Positions 15,377 through 25,875 of a DNA stretch of 64,000 nucleotides are shown piece after piece. The position numbers and the translations under genes were made by a program. The stretch spans positions 144,422 to 208,421 of the forward strand of contig CACLXU010000001.1 of NCBI GenBank assembly GCA_902610995.1, written 5' to 3'. This DNA is from an uncultured SAR86 cluster bacterium. GTDB taxonomy: Bacteria > Pseudomonadota > Gammaproteobacteria > Magnimaribacterales > TMED112. Each line of letters starts with the position of its first letter. The first letter of the stretch is position 1. The notes under the pieces are model-generated. The model saw only the letters and a list, made by a program, of their open reading frames with translations, had not been told where the DNA came from and searched no databases.

Positions 15377-17125
15377 TTAAGGTTGTCTTATAGTGGCCAA
15401 AATCAATCCTACTTTCTTGGGGGGATTTGGGAAAAATTTTATGCAAAGAGCAGCGGTTAAAAAGTTGACTATCATTCCAATTACACCAAAGCCTTCAGGG
15501 GATATACCCAAGAACCAATAATCTGAATTATTAAAATTTGGAAAAATAAATTTGAAGTAAATTATATATGAAAGTGTTGTAATCAAACCTAGAATCATCC
15601 CAAGAATTGCTCCTTCTTTATTGATATTTTTAAAAAATATTCCCATTAGTAGTGCAGGAAAAATAGTTGACGCCGCCAAACCAAAAGCCAGAGCAACAAC
15701 CTGAGCCACAAAACCAGGAGGATTAATACCAAAATAACCCGCAATTAGAATTGCTATACTTGCAGCAATACGAGCGTAAAGTAATTCTTGTTTTTCAGTA
15801 ATTTTTGGTCTGAACGTTTTTTTCATTAAATCATGAGAGATCGAAGAGGAAATTACTAATAGCAAGCCAGCTGCTGTTGAAAGTGCAGCTGCAAGTGCCC
15901 CAGCAGCAACTAATGCAAATACCCATGGTGGTAAATTTGCAATTTCAGGATTAGCTAGCACCATAATATCTCTGTCAATATATAGCTCATTTTGACTATC
16001 TTCATTCAGCTTATTAGAAATGATTCTTTCGCCATAAATGCCTACCTCAGAAGTAAATGAGGGTTGTATGCCTTCGAATGCATTCCCGGGGTAGAGCTGC
16101 ATTGCCCCATCATCATTTTTATCTTTCCAGGCTACAAGACCTATACTCTCCCAATTTTTAAACCATTCTGGGGCATCAATATACTTTGTATCTTGTATAG
16201 AGTCTGCAATGTTTGCTCTTGCAAATGCTCCTACTGCAGGGGCTGTTGTGAATAGTAACGCAATAAATATAAGAGCATAGCCCACAGATTTTCTGGCATC
16301 CTTAACTTTGGGAACTGTAAAGAATCTTACGATAACATGAGGTAATCCTGCTGTTCCAAACATTAAAGCTGCTGTTATACAAATGATATCAAATGTACTT
16401 TTAGTGTTTTCTGTGTATGGGTTAAAGCCAAGTTCCTCTGTAATTCGATCTAGTTTATCTAAGAGAAATTCTGAACTTCCATTTACGGTATCACCAAAGC
16501 CCAATTGAGGCACTGGATTTCCAGTTACTAAAATTGAGATAAATATCGCAGGAACTAAATAGGCAAAGATTAAAACGCAGTATTGAGCAACTTGTGTATA
16601 TGTGATGCCTTTCATGCCTCCCATAACAGCGTAAAAGAAAACAATCACCATGCCGATAATTACTCCTAGATTGATATCTACTTCAAGGAATCTTGAAAAA
16701 ACAATTCCCACACCTCTCATTTGTCCAGCGATGTAGGTAAATGAAATGAAAATTAAACACAGCACGGCAACGATTCGTGCAAGGTCAGAATAATATCGAG
16801 TTCCGATAAATTCGGGTACAGTGTATTTTCCAAACTTTCTCAAATATGGCGCTAGAAGGAGCGCAAGCAAAACATATCCACCTGTCCACCCCATGAGATA
16901 AACTGCGCCATCCCTTCCAGAAAAAGCAATAATGCCTGCGATAGAAATAAAAGATGCAGCTGACATCCAATCAGCTGCTGTAGCCATCCCGTTTGCAACC
17001 GGGTGGACTCCTTTTCCAGCCACATAAAAATCCCCGGTATCTTTCGCTTTACTCCAAAATGCAATTCCAATATAGAGTGCAAAAGTAAGTCCAACAAATA
17101 AGTAAGTTAATAATTGAACACTCAT
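15377..17125 (-). CDS. sodium:solute symporter family permease (ActP/VC_2705-like large subunit)
   Basis: 582 aa with about 13-14 hydrophobic spans and SSS-family architecture. It is translationally coupled (4-nt overlap) to a DUF4212 small subunit, the known two-gene arrangement for this subfamily. Confidence 0.85.
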   Translation of the reverse strand: MSVQLLTYLFVGLTFALYIGIAFWSKAKDTGDFYVAGKGVHPVANGMATAADWMSAASFISIAGIIAFSGRDGAVYLMGWTGGYVLLALLLAPYLRKFGKYTVPEFIGTRYYSDLARIVAVLCLIFISFTYIAGQMRGVGIVFSRFLEVDINLGVIIGMVIVFFYAVMGGMKGITYTQVAQYCVLIFAYLVPAIFISILVTGNPVPQLGFGDTVNGSSEFLLDKLDRITEELGFNPYTENTKSTFDIICITAALMFGTAGLPHVIVRFFTVPKVKDARKSVGYALIFIALLFTTAPAVGAFARANIADSIQDTKYIDAPEWFKNWESIGLVAWKDKNDDGAMQLYPGNAFEGIQPSFTSEVGIYGERIISNKLNEDSQNELYIDRDIMVLANPEIANLPPWVFALVAAGALAAALSTAAGLLLVISSSISHDLMKKTFRPKITEKQELLYARIAASIAILIAGYFGINPPGFVAQVVALAFGLAASTIFPALLMGIFFKNINKEGAILGMILGLITTLSYIIYFKFIFPNFNNSDYWFLGISPEGFGVIGMIVNFLTAALCIKFFPNPPKKVGLILATIRQP

Positions 17126-17370
17126 TTATCTTTATTCTTATCCTGATATTTTTTATCTAACTTATTCATCAGATATACATAAATAAAAATTAATATTACA
17201 AAGAAAAAAATACTGCCTTGTTGAGCAAACCAAAAGCCAAGCTTGAAACCACCAATTTTGAACTGATCAAGCCACTCAGAAAAAATTATTCCAAACCCAA
17301 AGGAAACCAAGAACCAGATCGAGAGAAGTACAAATATTATTCTAAGATTCTCTTTCCAGTAGTCATTCAT
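17122..17370 (-). CDS. DUF4212 small subunit of the sodium:solute symporter
   Basis: 82 aa with two helices. YWKENLRIIFVLLSIWFLVSFGFGI...GFKLGFWFAQQGSIFFFVILIFIYVYLMNKLDKKY matches the DUF4212 pattern. Confidence 0.75.
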   Translation of the reverse strand: MNDYWKENLRIIFVLLSIWFLVSFGFGIIFSEWLDQFKIGGFKLGFWFAQQGSIFFFVILIFIYVYLMNKLDKKYQDKNKDK

Positions 17371-17446
17371 AAGATCACATTATATAGCAGTTAAACATTA
17401 AGAAAAATTTACTAGTGCTTTATTGTTTATGGTTAAAATAGGATGG

Positions 17447-18286
17447 TTATTTTGTTAGGGTTGCATACATACTATCGCTAAAAACTTGCTTATCAAAAAG
17501 ACCCATTTTTATTTTGCTATAGCCTGCTTTTTTACAGGTTTTAACCAGCGTCTCGGGAGTGAAGTAATTTACATGATCAGGATGTCTAAACCCACACCAT
17601 TTTTCCTTTCTATACAATCTATTAAAGGAGTTAAAATTTGGAACTTTTATAAAAATAACGCCACCATCTTTTAGTTTGTTATATGCATTTTTCAAAAGGC
17701 CTACAGGATTTACCTCATGTTCAAGAAATGATCGCAAAACAAAAATATCGATACTGTTGTTGGCAAATTCAAGCATACCATCCACTGCATTATTGCAAAC
17801 CCAATGTCCTTTAGGCGCATTTTTCTTTGCAAACTCCGCAAGACTCTTTGAAATCTCTATACCATTAGGTATACATCTGTCCTGAACATTCTCAGGTAAC
17901 TCTGCAATAGTATTAATTAATGTTTGGCCTTCGGCGCAGCCGACATCAACCATCATAATGTCGCCTTTAAGACTGTTTTTAGCTATATATGACTTAATCA
18001 TATCTCTGATTTTGTTTCTTTTGGTGAGTCCTTTTAATTTTTTTAGTCTGTTGCTTACTGCAGATCTTATGGGTTCTTCATCAACTCTTTTCTTTTTCTC
18101 AATTGTTCGTGTTTTTTCCCATGCTAGATCTTCCTCTAAATGCTCATACTCAGGTGGGTTTTGCAGATAAACTAATTTACTTTCCATGCATTTAACAATT
18201 TTCCAGGGTGATGGTGCATAAAAACTTAGATCAGATGTTTCTGTTTCACGCCCTAAAATGGGTGAGACTCTATTAAGCAATTTCAT
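17447..18286 (-). CDS. class I SAM-dependent methyltransferase
   Basis: 279 aa. Motif I VDVGCAEG, later LKDGGVIFIKVPN; Methyltransf_11/23-like layout. Confidence 0.75.
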   Translation of the reverse strand: MKLLNRVSPILGRETETSDLSFYAPSPWKIVKCMESKLVYLQNPPEYEHLEEDLAWEKTRTIEKKKRVDEEPIRSAVSNRLKKLKGLTKRNKIRDMIKSYIAKNSLKGDIMMVDVGCAEGQTLINTIAELPENVQDRCIPNGIEISKSLAEFAKKNAPKGHWVCNNAVDGMLEFANNSIDIFVLRSFLEHEVNPVGLLKNAYNKLKDGGVIFIKVPNFNSFNRLYRKEKWCGFRHPDHVNYFTPETLVKTCKKAGYSKIKMGLFDKQVFSDSMYATLTK

Positions 18287-18362
18287 TCAAGCATTATACA
18301 AAAATTAAATTAAATCGGGAAAGTTAGATTTTTCTCATAATAATCAAATTTGGCGCTGCTTA

Positions 18363-18530
18363 ATGCTTGATTCTGATGAAAGAGAACAAAGGCACAAGGG
18401 AGTCAGTGAATATGTTCATGTCCCAGTTGGAACTAATTTAGATGCAGGGACCTATGATGCAGATAATAATTGGGTGAGATGTGGAGCAAAACACAATGAT
18501 ATATTTCCAAGAATTGGAGACCTAATATGA
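18363..18530 (+). CDS. orphan 55-codon ORF (hypothetical small protein; may instead be part of an sRNA)
   Basis: Own translation: MLDSDEREQRHKGVSEYVHVPVGTNLDAGTYDADNNWVRCGAKHNDIFPRIGDLI. It is the only ORF in the largest gap of the window and is followed 84 nt later by a strong hairpin terminator. It has no obvious RBS and I recognise no family. Confidence 0.2.
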   Translation: MLDSDEREQRHKGVSEYVHVPVGTNLDAGTYDADNNWVRCGAKHNDIFPRIGDLI

Positions 18531-18613
18531 TATCAATTAGGTTTCAATCCCAGACCATCTGTCACTAAAGCTATAGAAAAATCTAAAAACTCATAATTAC
18601 AACTAGAATAAAT

Positions 18614-18638
18614 CCCTTCAATTAATTGAAGGGTTTTT
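18614..18638. terminator. bidirectional rho-independent terminator (perfect 20-nt palindrome)
   Basis: CCCTTCAATTAATTGAAGGG (18614-18633) is followed by TTTTT on the plus strand and by ATTTATT on the minus strand. It lies 35 nt downstream of the tRNA-Ile 3' end and downstream of the orphan plus-strand ORF. Confidence 0.6.
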
Positions 18639-18667
18639 ATTCAAAGTTATTTTGCATCAAAAAGAAC

Positions 18668-18744
<77 letters not shown>

Positions 18745-18753
18745 GAGGGAGAC

Positions 18754-18759
18754 ATTATA
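18754..18759 (-). promoter_or_regulatory. candidate -10 box for tRNA-Ile
   Basis: A perfect TATAAT on the minus strand sits 9 nt upstream of the mature tRNA 5' end. The -35 candidates (TTCCAG/CTTCCA) are weak. Confidence 0.25.
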
Positions 18760-18800
18760 TGACTATCAATTAAGTCTGGAAAGGGGCAAATAATTATTAA

Positions 18801-19631
18801 TTATTGATTTTCTAGAATTTGTAGAATGGCAAAACTTACATCATGACCGCCATTTTGGTTTTGAGAAGTTATAAATCTTTTTTCTTCATCAACTACGGTA
18901 TGGTTTGCAAAAATATCTCTGAACCTTGTATTGCTCTCAAATTCAACACCAGCTTTTTTAAGTTCTATTTCGGGGTGCATTGGTGTAAAGGCAATACCAA
19001 GTTCTTCAATTTGTTTATCTGTAACACCAGTCATTCTTTTTCCAGAAATAAGAAAGTCTCCGTTGGGTTTTTTGGCTCTAATAAACCCTAAAACCCCATG
19101 ACATATTCCCCCGATTAGTGCATCAGAATTAAAGTAGGCATCTGAAATTTTTATTCCCAAATCTTCAGAAAATCCAAGGTCATATGCGGCTCCCCATCCA
19201 CCAGCAATGAAAATAATTGAGTAGTCCTTAAAATCTAAATTACTAATTTTTAAAGAATTTTTTAACTTTGAAACAGATAAATTATTTGATTCAAAAGCCT
19301 TATCCTCGGGGGTTTTTATAAAAAATGGAATAGGCTCTACAGGGATTTCTCCACCCTCTATACTCGCAATATCAACATCCATCCCAGCTTCTGAAAAATG
19401 GAAGTAAGGTACAGATAATTCAGAAAGAAATACCCCCGTCTTCTTCCCGCCAAGTTCTCCAGGTTTGTTTAATACTCCATGATTCGTCGCAATTATAAGT
19501 GCTCTCTTCCCATCAAAATTAAAATCAAATTCATGTGTGTTCTTCGGGTGAAGTCCAGCTAAATGCAATCCTGCAGGAAGTAGTATGATACCGGTAATAA
19601 TTACTGCCAAAAGGGTTAAGAAAATTCTCAT
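18801..19631 (-). CDS. DJ-1/PfpI (type 1 glutamine amidotransferase-like) family protein with N-terminal membrane anchor
   Basis: 276 aa. N-terminal TM helix; IFIAGGWGAAYDL and nucleophile-elbow GGICHGVLGF motifs. Confidence 0.7.
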   Translation of the reverse strand: MRIFLTLLAVIITGIILLPAGLHLAGLHPKNTHEFDFNFDGKRALIIATNHGVLNKPGELGGKKTGVFLSELSVPYFHFSEAGMDVDIASIEGGEIPVEPIPFFIKTPEDKAFESNNLSVSKLKNSLKISNLDFKDYSIIFIAGGWGAAYDLGFSEDLGIKISDAYFNSDALIGGICHGVLGFIRAKKPNGDFLISGKRMTGVTDKQIEELGIAFTPMHPEIELKKAGVEFESNTRFRDIFANHTVVDEEKRFITSQNQNGGHDVSFAILQILENQ

Positions 19632-19665
19632 AAATGTGATTATATATATTTTCTCAATGAAAAAA

Positions 19666-20187
19666 TTATTGTGAAAAAATATTTAGCATTTTTGGTGCAA
19701 CAATAAACAACAAAATTACCACGACTGAACTGAAAATAAATTTAGCTGATAATTTATTTTTATAGGTGCTAGCAAAATATAACCCTGCAAAAAACCCTGT
19801 TAAGTAATGAAGTGCCAGCCCGAAGGATGTTCTAGAGCCACTGATAACTTTCGTTCCAATAATAACTTCTTGGACTAAGAAGATTGATACCATCACAGAG
19901 CATAGCCCAAATAAACCAAATGTAATAACCGACCTAATCTTGAAGTAACTCAATAAAGGTGTCCCAATGATAAATGTTGGCAAAAACCCAATTAAATAGA
20001 TTAAGAACAGTGTGGGGCCATAATTAAAGATATCAGATAACAAAGTAAAAACTATATCTGCAACACTTACTGAATCTACATAAGTGTCTATCCAGTAAAG
20101 TGAAAAGAATGAGCTTATTGGAGCTGAAAGTAAACTTGCAAAAGCGGTAGCACAAAATAAGTAGATAAAAAAACGAAGAATTCGCAT
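19666..20187 (-). CDS. hypothetical integral membrane protein
   Basis: 173 aa with about 5 hydrophobic spans. It lies 8 nt downstream of the PQQ-dependent dehydrogenase gene. I recognise no family. Confidence 0.5.
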   Translation of the reverse strand: MRILRFFIYLFCATAFASLLSAPISSFFSLYWIDTYVDSVSVADIVFTLLSDIFNYGPTLFLIYLIGFLPTFIIGTPLLSYFKIRSVITFGLFGLCSVMVSIFLVQEVIIGTKVISGSRTSFGLALHYLTGFFAGLYFASTYKNKLSAKFIFSSVVVILLFIVAPKMLNIFSQ

Positions 20188-20195
20188 TTATCCTG

Positions 20196-21317
20196 CTAAG
20201 GTGAGAGTTCAAAGATTTTACCACCTGGTCCGTCGGTTAACAGCAGTATATTGCCAGATGGTGTTTCATACACATTTCTTAGTCTTTCATTAAAATCTTT
20301 TAAAAGTATTTCCTCTTCAACCTTACCGCTATTTAGAGTCAATCTGCTTAAAATCTTGCCTGATAAAGCGGAGATGAAAAATGAATCTTTCCATTCTTTA
20401 AATTTTTTTCCGCTGTAAAGCATCATGCCAGATGGGGCTATAGATGGACGCCAATAGGTTAAAGGTTGTTCCATTCCTTCCATTTCTGTGAAAGGTGTAA
20501 TTTGAGCTCCGCTGTAGTCAACGCAATAACAAATTGCTGGCCATCCATAATTTTTTCCAGGTTCGACAATATTAAATTCATCCCCGCCTTTAGGTCCATG
20601 TTCGTTCTCATAAATTACATCATTACTGATGACAAGACCCTGCATATTTCTATGTCCATAAGAATATATTTCAGGTAAAGCGTTGTCTTGATCAACAAAT
20701 GGGTTATCGCTTGGGACTGAACCATCAGGATTGATTCTAATAATTTTTCCAAAATGATTATCTAAAAACTGAGCATCTTCTTTATTATTATAGCCATCCC
20801 CACTTGTGATAATTAAAGTTCCATCTGAGAGAAATGCTATTTTGCCACCATAATGAGCTGGCGCAGTTCGGTATGCTTTGGCTTTAAAAATTATCTTCAA
20901 GTCTTTTAGAGTATCGCCAACTAAAGAAGCTGATGCCACAAAGAGAGTGTTGGATGGACTAAATAAATCATCAACCAATTGGCCTTCTTCAGTATCTTCA
21001 GCAGAGTATGAAAAATAAATTTTTTTGTTCTCACTAAATTTTGGATCAAGAACAACATCAGAGAGACCACCCTGACCATCATATAGAACTTGTGGCACAC
21101 CTTTAACTGAATAAATAAGTTCTCCGGTATCTAAAGAAATAACTTTTAAGTTTCCCGGCATTTCTGAGAGAAGAAATTTGTCTTCATCAATAAATGCTAA
21201 ACTCCATGGATCATCAAAAGTATCACCTACTTGTCTTATATTAAATTCATAAGATTTTATAAATTGTGAGGATAGAAAAATTATCAAAAAAAATGTTTTA
21301 TTTAACAGGGAGTTCAT
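20196..21317 (-). CDS. PQQ-dependent soluble sugar (aldose) dehydrogenase, YliI/sGDH family
   Basis: 373 aa. Signal peptide; GHRNMQGL; HGPKGGDEFN; GWP; beta-propeller family pattern. Confidence 0.8.
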   Translation of the reverse strand: MNSLLNKTFFLIIFLSSQFIKSYEFNIRQVGDTFDDPWSLAFIDEDKFLLSEMPGNLKVISLDTGELIYSVKGVPQVLYDGQGGLSDVVLDPKFSENKKIYFSYSAEDTEEGQLVDDLFSPSNTLFVASASLVGDTLKDLKIIFKAKAYRTAPAHYGGKIAFLSDGTLIITSGDGYNNKEDAQFLDNHFGKIIRINPDGSVPSDNPFVDQDNALPEIYSYGHRNMQGLVISNDVIYENEHGPKGGDEFNIVEPGKNYGWPAICYCVDYSGAQITPFTEMEGMEQPLTYWRPSIAPSGMMLYSGKKFKEWKDSFFISALSGKILSRLTLNSGKVEEEILLKDFNERLRNVYETPSGNILLLTDGPGGKIFELSP

Positions 21318-21355
21318 ACACCAAATTTTAATATAAAATGAATTATTAAATAAGT

Positions 21356-22924
21356 ATGAGATACCTTTTATTAATTTTAATCCTTCTAGCAGGATGTTCT
21401 GAAGAACCTAAGTATGATGTTATTTTGCTTAACGGCAAAATAATAGATGGATCAGGTACGGAACCCTACACTGGCTCAGTTGGTATTAAAAATGACAAAA
21501 TAGTTGCAATTGGCAACTTTCAGGGCAAAGCCAGACAGGTAATCAATGCGACAGGACTTGTAATTTCCCCGGGATTTATAGATATGCATACACATGCTGT
21601 CAGAGGGATCTTTGATGTGCCTACAGCTGAGGCTTTTTTATTTCAAGGGGTTACCACATTAACTGATGGCAATGATGGTACTTCCCCACTACCCATTGGA
21701 GAGCATTATAAAAAAATTTCATCAACTAAAATCTCACCTAATTGGGCAGTTTTCATAGGACAAGGCACTGTTCGAAGACAGGTAATGGGTCTTGAGAATC
21801 GTGCGCCTACCAATCAAGAATTAGAACAAATGGTTTCCATTGTTAATCAAGCAATGAAAGAAGGAGCTCTAGGTTTATCCTCAGGACTTTTTTATGTTCC
21901 AGGAAGTTTTAGTACAAAAAACGAAGTAGTAGAATTGGCTAAAGTTGCATCAAAATATGGAGGTATCTATATTTCACATATGCGAGATGAGGCAGCACTT
22001 ATAATTGAATCTGTTAATGAAACGATTGACATTGGAAAGCTTGCTAAGCTTCCAGCGGTAATCACTCACCATAAAGTTATTGGGAAAAGCAATTGGGGGC
22101 TTTCCAAAGAAACGCTTAAGTTGGTAGATAACGCGGTTAATGAGGGTTTTGATATTTATCTAGATCAGTATCCCTATACTGCTTCACAGACAAGCCTAAG
22201 AGCGCTTATCCCTCAATGGGCACAAGCCGGTGGTAGAGAGATGTTGCTACAAAGAATAGAGAATCCTGAAATAAGAGCAAAAATTAAAGAAGAAATTGTT
22301 GAAAGGATTCTATTTGATCGTGGAGGTGGCGATCCTAAAAATGTTGTAATTTCTGAAGCAAAATGGGATACCTCCCTTGAAGGAAAAAATCTTGCAGAAA
22401 TTACAATTTCTTATGGCCTTGAACCTTCTGCTGAAAATGCCGCAGAAACCGTCTTTAAGATTTACAAACAAGGGAATGCTCGAGCAGTATTTCATGCAAT
22501 AAGTGATGAAGACGTTAAAAATATAATGCAACATCCTCGAGCTTCAATTGCTTCTGATGGACCAATGATGGTGTTTGGTGTAGGCAAACCTCATCCAAGA
22601 TCATATGGAACTTATCCGCGTGTTTTAGGGAAATATGTAAGAGAGCAAAATATAATTAGTCTTCCTGAAGCCATCAGAAAGATGACTTCGTTGCCTGCAA
22701 AAGTTCTATCGATTGAAAAAAGAGGCTTAATTAAAGAGGACTATTATGCAGATATTGTAGTTTTTAACGAAAAGACAATTTCAGATAATGCAACTTTTCA
22801 AAATCCACATCAATATTCAAATGGAGTAGAGTATGTTCTGATAAATGGCGTCATTGTTATTAAGGATGGTAAGCACACAGGCGCCAAACCTGGCAAAGTT
22901 TTACACGGTCCTGGCTATAAGTAG
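21356..22924 (+). CDS. N-acyl-D-amino-acid deacylase (D-aminoacylase) family amidohydrolase, lipoprotein
   Basis: 522 aa. Lipobox LLAGC; GFIDMHTH metal motif; ISHMRDE; HHKV; colinear with the D-aminoacylase family. Confidence 0.8.
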   Translation: MRYLLLILILLAGCSEEPKYDVILLNGKIIDGSGTEPYTGSVGIKNDKIVAIGNFQGKARQVINATGLVISPGFIDMHTHAVRGIFDVPTAEAFLFQGVTTLTDGNDGTSPLPIGEHYKKISSTKISPNWAVFIGQGTVRRQVMGLENRAPTNQELEQMVSIVNQAMKEGALGLSSGLFYVPGSFSTKNEVVELAKVASKYGGIYISHMRDEAALIIESVNETIDIGKLAKLPAVITHHKVIGKSNWGLSKETLKLVDNAVNEGFDIYLDQYPYTASQTSLRALIPQWAQAGGREMLLQRIENPEIRAKIKEEIVERILFDRGGGDPKNVVISEAKWDTSLEGKNLAEITISYGLEPSAENAAETVFKIYKQGNARAVFHAISDEDVKNIMQHPRASIASDGPMMVFGVGKPHPRSYGTYPRVLGKYVREQNIISLPEAIRKMTSLPAKVLSIEKRGLIKEDYYADIVVFNEKTISDNATFQNPHQYSNGVEYVLINGVIVIKDGKHTGAKPGKVLHGPGYK

Positions 22925-23508
22925 TCAGGCATTTCTCTTATTGCCTCTTTACCAAAGAACATATGTTCACCAATAAAAAATGTAGGTGCGCCAAAAACAC
23001 CTCTTTTTACTGCATTCTCAGTATTTGCAAATAGCTCATCTTTAACCTCTTGGTCTACTGCATGCTCAATAATCTCAGCACCATTCAAATCATTGGATGT
23101 TAGGTGATTTGATAATACCTCATGATCTCCGAGATTTTTTTCCTCTTCCCACAAGCCTCTCATTACAACTTCAATGTATTTTTCTTGGTTGCCTTGCTTG
23201 GAAGCATAAATGAGACCTCTTTGCATCATTACAGTATTTACTGGGAAAAATGGATTCATCTTAAATTCTTCAATTTTATGAAAATTTACAAATCTAGAGA
23301 TTTCCTTCATAAAATATTCGGTTTTATTCGGAATATCTTGTGCTGCAATTAATGGAGGTTGATTGTTTGATAGTTTGAAAATCCCACCCAATAAGCAAAC
23401 TTTATATTCAAAAGAAACATTATGCTTTTTTATAAATTCTGGCAAAACCTTATTGGCAAGATAGACATTGGGGCTTGCAAAATCAAAAATAAATTCAATC
23501 TTCATCAT
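22915..23508 (-). CDS. 2-hydroxychromene-2-carboxylate isomerase / DsbA-like thioredoxin-fold protein
   Basis: 197 aa. IEFIFDFASPNVYL N-terminus and C-terminal GVFGAPTFFIGEHMFFG, the HCCA isomerase (kappa-GST-like) family pattern. Confidence 0.75.
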   Translation of the reverse strand: MMKIEFIFDFASPNVYLANKVLPEFIKKHNVSFEYKVCLLGGIFKLSNNQPPLIAAQDIPNKTEYFMKEISRFVNFHKIEEFKMNPFFPVNTVMMQRGLIYASKQGNQEKYIEVVMRGLWEEEKNLGDHEVLSNHLTSNDLNGAEIIEHAVDQEVKDELFANTENAVKRGVFGAPTFFIGEHMFFGKEAIREMPDYL

Positions 23509-23511
23509 TAT

Positions 23512-24663
23512 TTATTCTATGCTAAATTTCATAACTTCATTACTCTCTAATCGTGAAATTAATTTATCTCCCATTGCTGGGATTGTCGTAAAAATTCCAC
23601 CATTTAAATCTTCGCAATCAAATAGTATGCATAAAGCGCTCTCCACTATCATTTTTGAGGTTGAAAGATAACCTGGATCACCCTCACCTTTCACTGAGGC
23701 TTGAATTACGACTTTGTTATTTTCAACTCCTGCAAACAACATATCGTAAGAGCCAGATTCCCTTGATTCTCTCGATGGGCCTTCACCTGGTTTTGGAACA
23801 TCTTTACCAATTAGAGGATTATGTGAAGACATTGCCTCTGCACGAGCCTTCCCTTCATCACCGCTACCGCATGAAACCATTTCATCATATAAGAAATCTT
23901 CACCATATAAATGGCCAAGCATAAAATTTGTTCTATGCACATTTTTAGTATTTATTGCTGCCATTACGAAAGGGGAAACCCACTCATCAAGCACCTCATC
24001 AAAATACATTTTATGATCAGTAGGCTGTGTAGGTCCGTTGAACCCCTCACATAAAGCGAAAGGATTAATTAGTGTATTAAATAGATCGGGATTTTTACGC
24101 ATCGCGTGTAGAGTTGCCTTAAGAGATGCTGCTGTTCCGCCTGAAAACTCCCCTTTCATTTTTCTGACTCTACATTTAATTTGACTTAGAGGTTTTTGAA
24201 ATTTTTCGATGGCTATTTTCTGCAAGTAATAAACTCCACAATCTGAAGGTATCGAATCAAAACCACAGCTATGGACAATAATGGCTCCACTATTTTTAGC
24301 ATCTTCATTATATTTTTGCATCTCAAACATCCATCCGGGTTCACCGCATAAATCAACATAATGAACTCCCAGTTTGCAACATGTAGAAATTATTTCATTT
24401 CCATGTAACTGATAAGGGCCAACAGTAGTTAAAAGCATCTTAGTTTTTCCTAATACATTTTCAACATTTTTAGCATTACTCGAGTCGAGCTCCAGAATTG
24501 GCTTATTAATTTTTAAGTCCTCTGCAATTTTGGTAAGCTTTTCAAGATTTCTGCCTGCCACAGCCCAATTCAAATGACTATACTTTTCAGACATGTACTC
24601 TAAAACCAATTTTCCTGTAAAGCCTGAACCACCAAAGATTATTAAATCGAACTCTTTATCCAT
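23512..24663 (-). CDS. saccharopine dehydrogenase-like NAD(P)-binding oxidoreductase
   Basis: 383 aa. Rossmann motif IIFGGSGFTGKLV; layout like the saccharopine dehydrogenase / trans-acting enoyl reductase family. Confidence 0.7.
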   Translation of the reverse strand: MDKEFDLIIFGGSGFTGKLVLEYMSEKYSHLNWAVAGRNLEKLTKIAEDLKINKPILELDSSNAKNVENVLGKTKMLLTTVGPYQLHGNEIISTCCKLGVHYVDLCGEPGWMFEMQKYNEDAKNSGAIIVHSCGFDSIPSDCGVYYLQKIAIEKFQKPLSQIKCRVRKMKGEFSGGTAASLKATLHAMRKNPDLFNTLINPFALCEGFNGPTQPTDHKMYFDEVLDEWVSPFVMAAINTKNVHRTNFMLGHLYGEDFLYDEMVSCGSGDEGKARAEAMSSHNPLIGKDVPKPGEGPSRESRESGSYDMLFAGVENNKVVIQASVKGEGDPGYLSTSKMIVESALCILFDCEDLNGGIFTTIPAMGDKLISRLESNEVMKFSIE

Positions 24664-24672
24664 TTGTCTCCT

Positions 24673-25875
24673 CTACTTTCTTTGGAGCATTATATACGTA
24701 AATCTTTTTTTACCTACTTGAAGCAAGTACTTATTTCCAAATTTTAGCTGCATTTCTTTTGAATCAACTTTTACCTCATCAATTTTTACAGCACCTTGTG
24801 AAATTAGCCTAATACCTTCTGAGGTGCTTTTAGTAAAGCCTATATCTTTTAGAAGATTTGGAAGAGAAGGAATTTCTGAGAAACTTAATGTGATTAATTC
24901 AATATTACTTGGCAACTCTTTACTTGAGAACTTTTTAATGAAGTTTTCCCGCGCCTCGTTTGCTTTATTTTCGTCCGTATATCGAGATGCTAATTCCATC
25001 GCAAGTTCAATTTTAATATCTCTTGGATTTGATCCATCCTCTAGCTTCTTTTCCAATTTACTTACTTCAGCAGGAGTTTTCATGCTCAGAAGATTAAACC
25101 ATTTAATCATAATCTCATCTGGAATTGACATTGTTTTTCCAAAAATTTCATCTGCAGATTCTGTTATACCAATATAGTTATTTTCTGACTTTGACATTTT
25201 TTTTACTCCATCAAGTCCTTCCAACAAAGGAAGCATAATAATGCACTGGGGCTCCTGACCAATATTCCTTTGCAAGTCTCTTCCTACAAGCAAATTAAAT
25301 TTTTGATCTGTTCCTCCCAGTTCAACATCAACCTCAAGCTCAACAGAATCTTGACCTTGCATTAAGGGGTAAAGGAATTCATGAATTGAAATTGGTTGAT
25401 TACTTTTATATCTTTTTGAAAAATCATCTCTTTCAAGCATTCTTGCTACTGTTGATTGAGAGGCAATTTTGATCATATCGGCAGCCGTTAACTTATCTCC
25501 CCATCGAGAATTAAAATCAACTACAGTTTTTTTGGCATCCAGTACTTTGAAAACTTGATCTTTATAAGTATTAGCATTTTTTTGTATCTCATCATCTGAA
25601 AGTGGCGGTCTAGTTTTATTTTTCCCGCTTGGGTCTCCAATTTTTCCAGTAAAATCACCAATTAAGAAGATGACTTTATGGCCAAGGTCTTGAAATTGTC
25701 GCATCTTTCTTAAAATTACAGTATGTCCAATATGGAGGTCGGGCGCAGTGGGATCAAACCCTACTTTTACCACCAGTTGTTTTTTGGTCTTAAGCTTATT
25801 GAGCAAATCATCTTCCCCGATGATTTCCTCTATGCCTTGTTTTATAATTTCTAATTGTTTCTTGTAATCGTTCAT
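24673..25875 (-). CDS. tyrS: tyrosine--tRNA ligase (type 2, TyrZ-like)
   Basis: 400 aa. HIGH motif (DLHIGHTV), KMSKS and a C-terminal S4 domain. Confidence 0.95.
   Translation of the reverse strand: MNDYKKQLEIIKQGIEEIIGEDDLLNKLKTKKQLVVKVGFDPTAPDLHIGHTVILRKMRQFQDLGHKVIFLIGDFTGKIGDPSGKNKTRPPLSDDEIQKNANTYKDQVFKVLDAKKTVVDFNSRWGDKLTAADMIKIASQSTVARMLERDDFSKRYKSNQPISIHEFLYPLMQGQDSVELEVDVELGGTDQKFNLLVGRDLQRNIGQEPQCIIMLPLLEGLDGVKKMSKSENNYIGITESADEIFGKTMSIPDEIMIKWFNLLSMKTPAEVSKLEKKLEDGSNPRDIKIELAMELASRYTDENKANEARENFIKKFSSKELPSNIELITLSFSEIPSLPNLLKDIGFTKSTSEGIRLISQGAVKIDEVKVDSKEMQLKFGNKYLLQVGKKRFTYIMLQRK

Noticed and set aside
16785-17097. Same-strand alternative-frame ORFs 16785-16970 and 16852-17097 inside the sodium:solute symporter gene.
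   Set aside because: They are out-of-frame overlaps with a 582-aa permease whose own frame is continuous and family-typical. There is no evidence of a frameshift or a nested gene.
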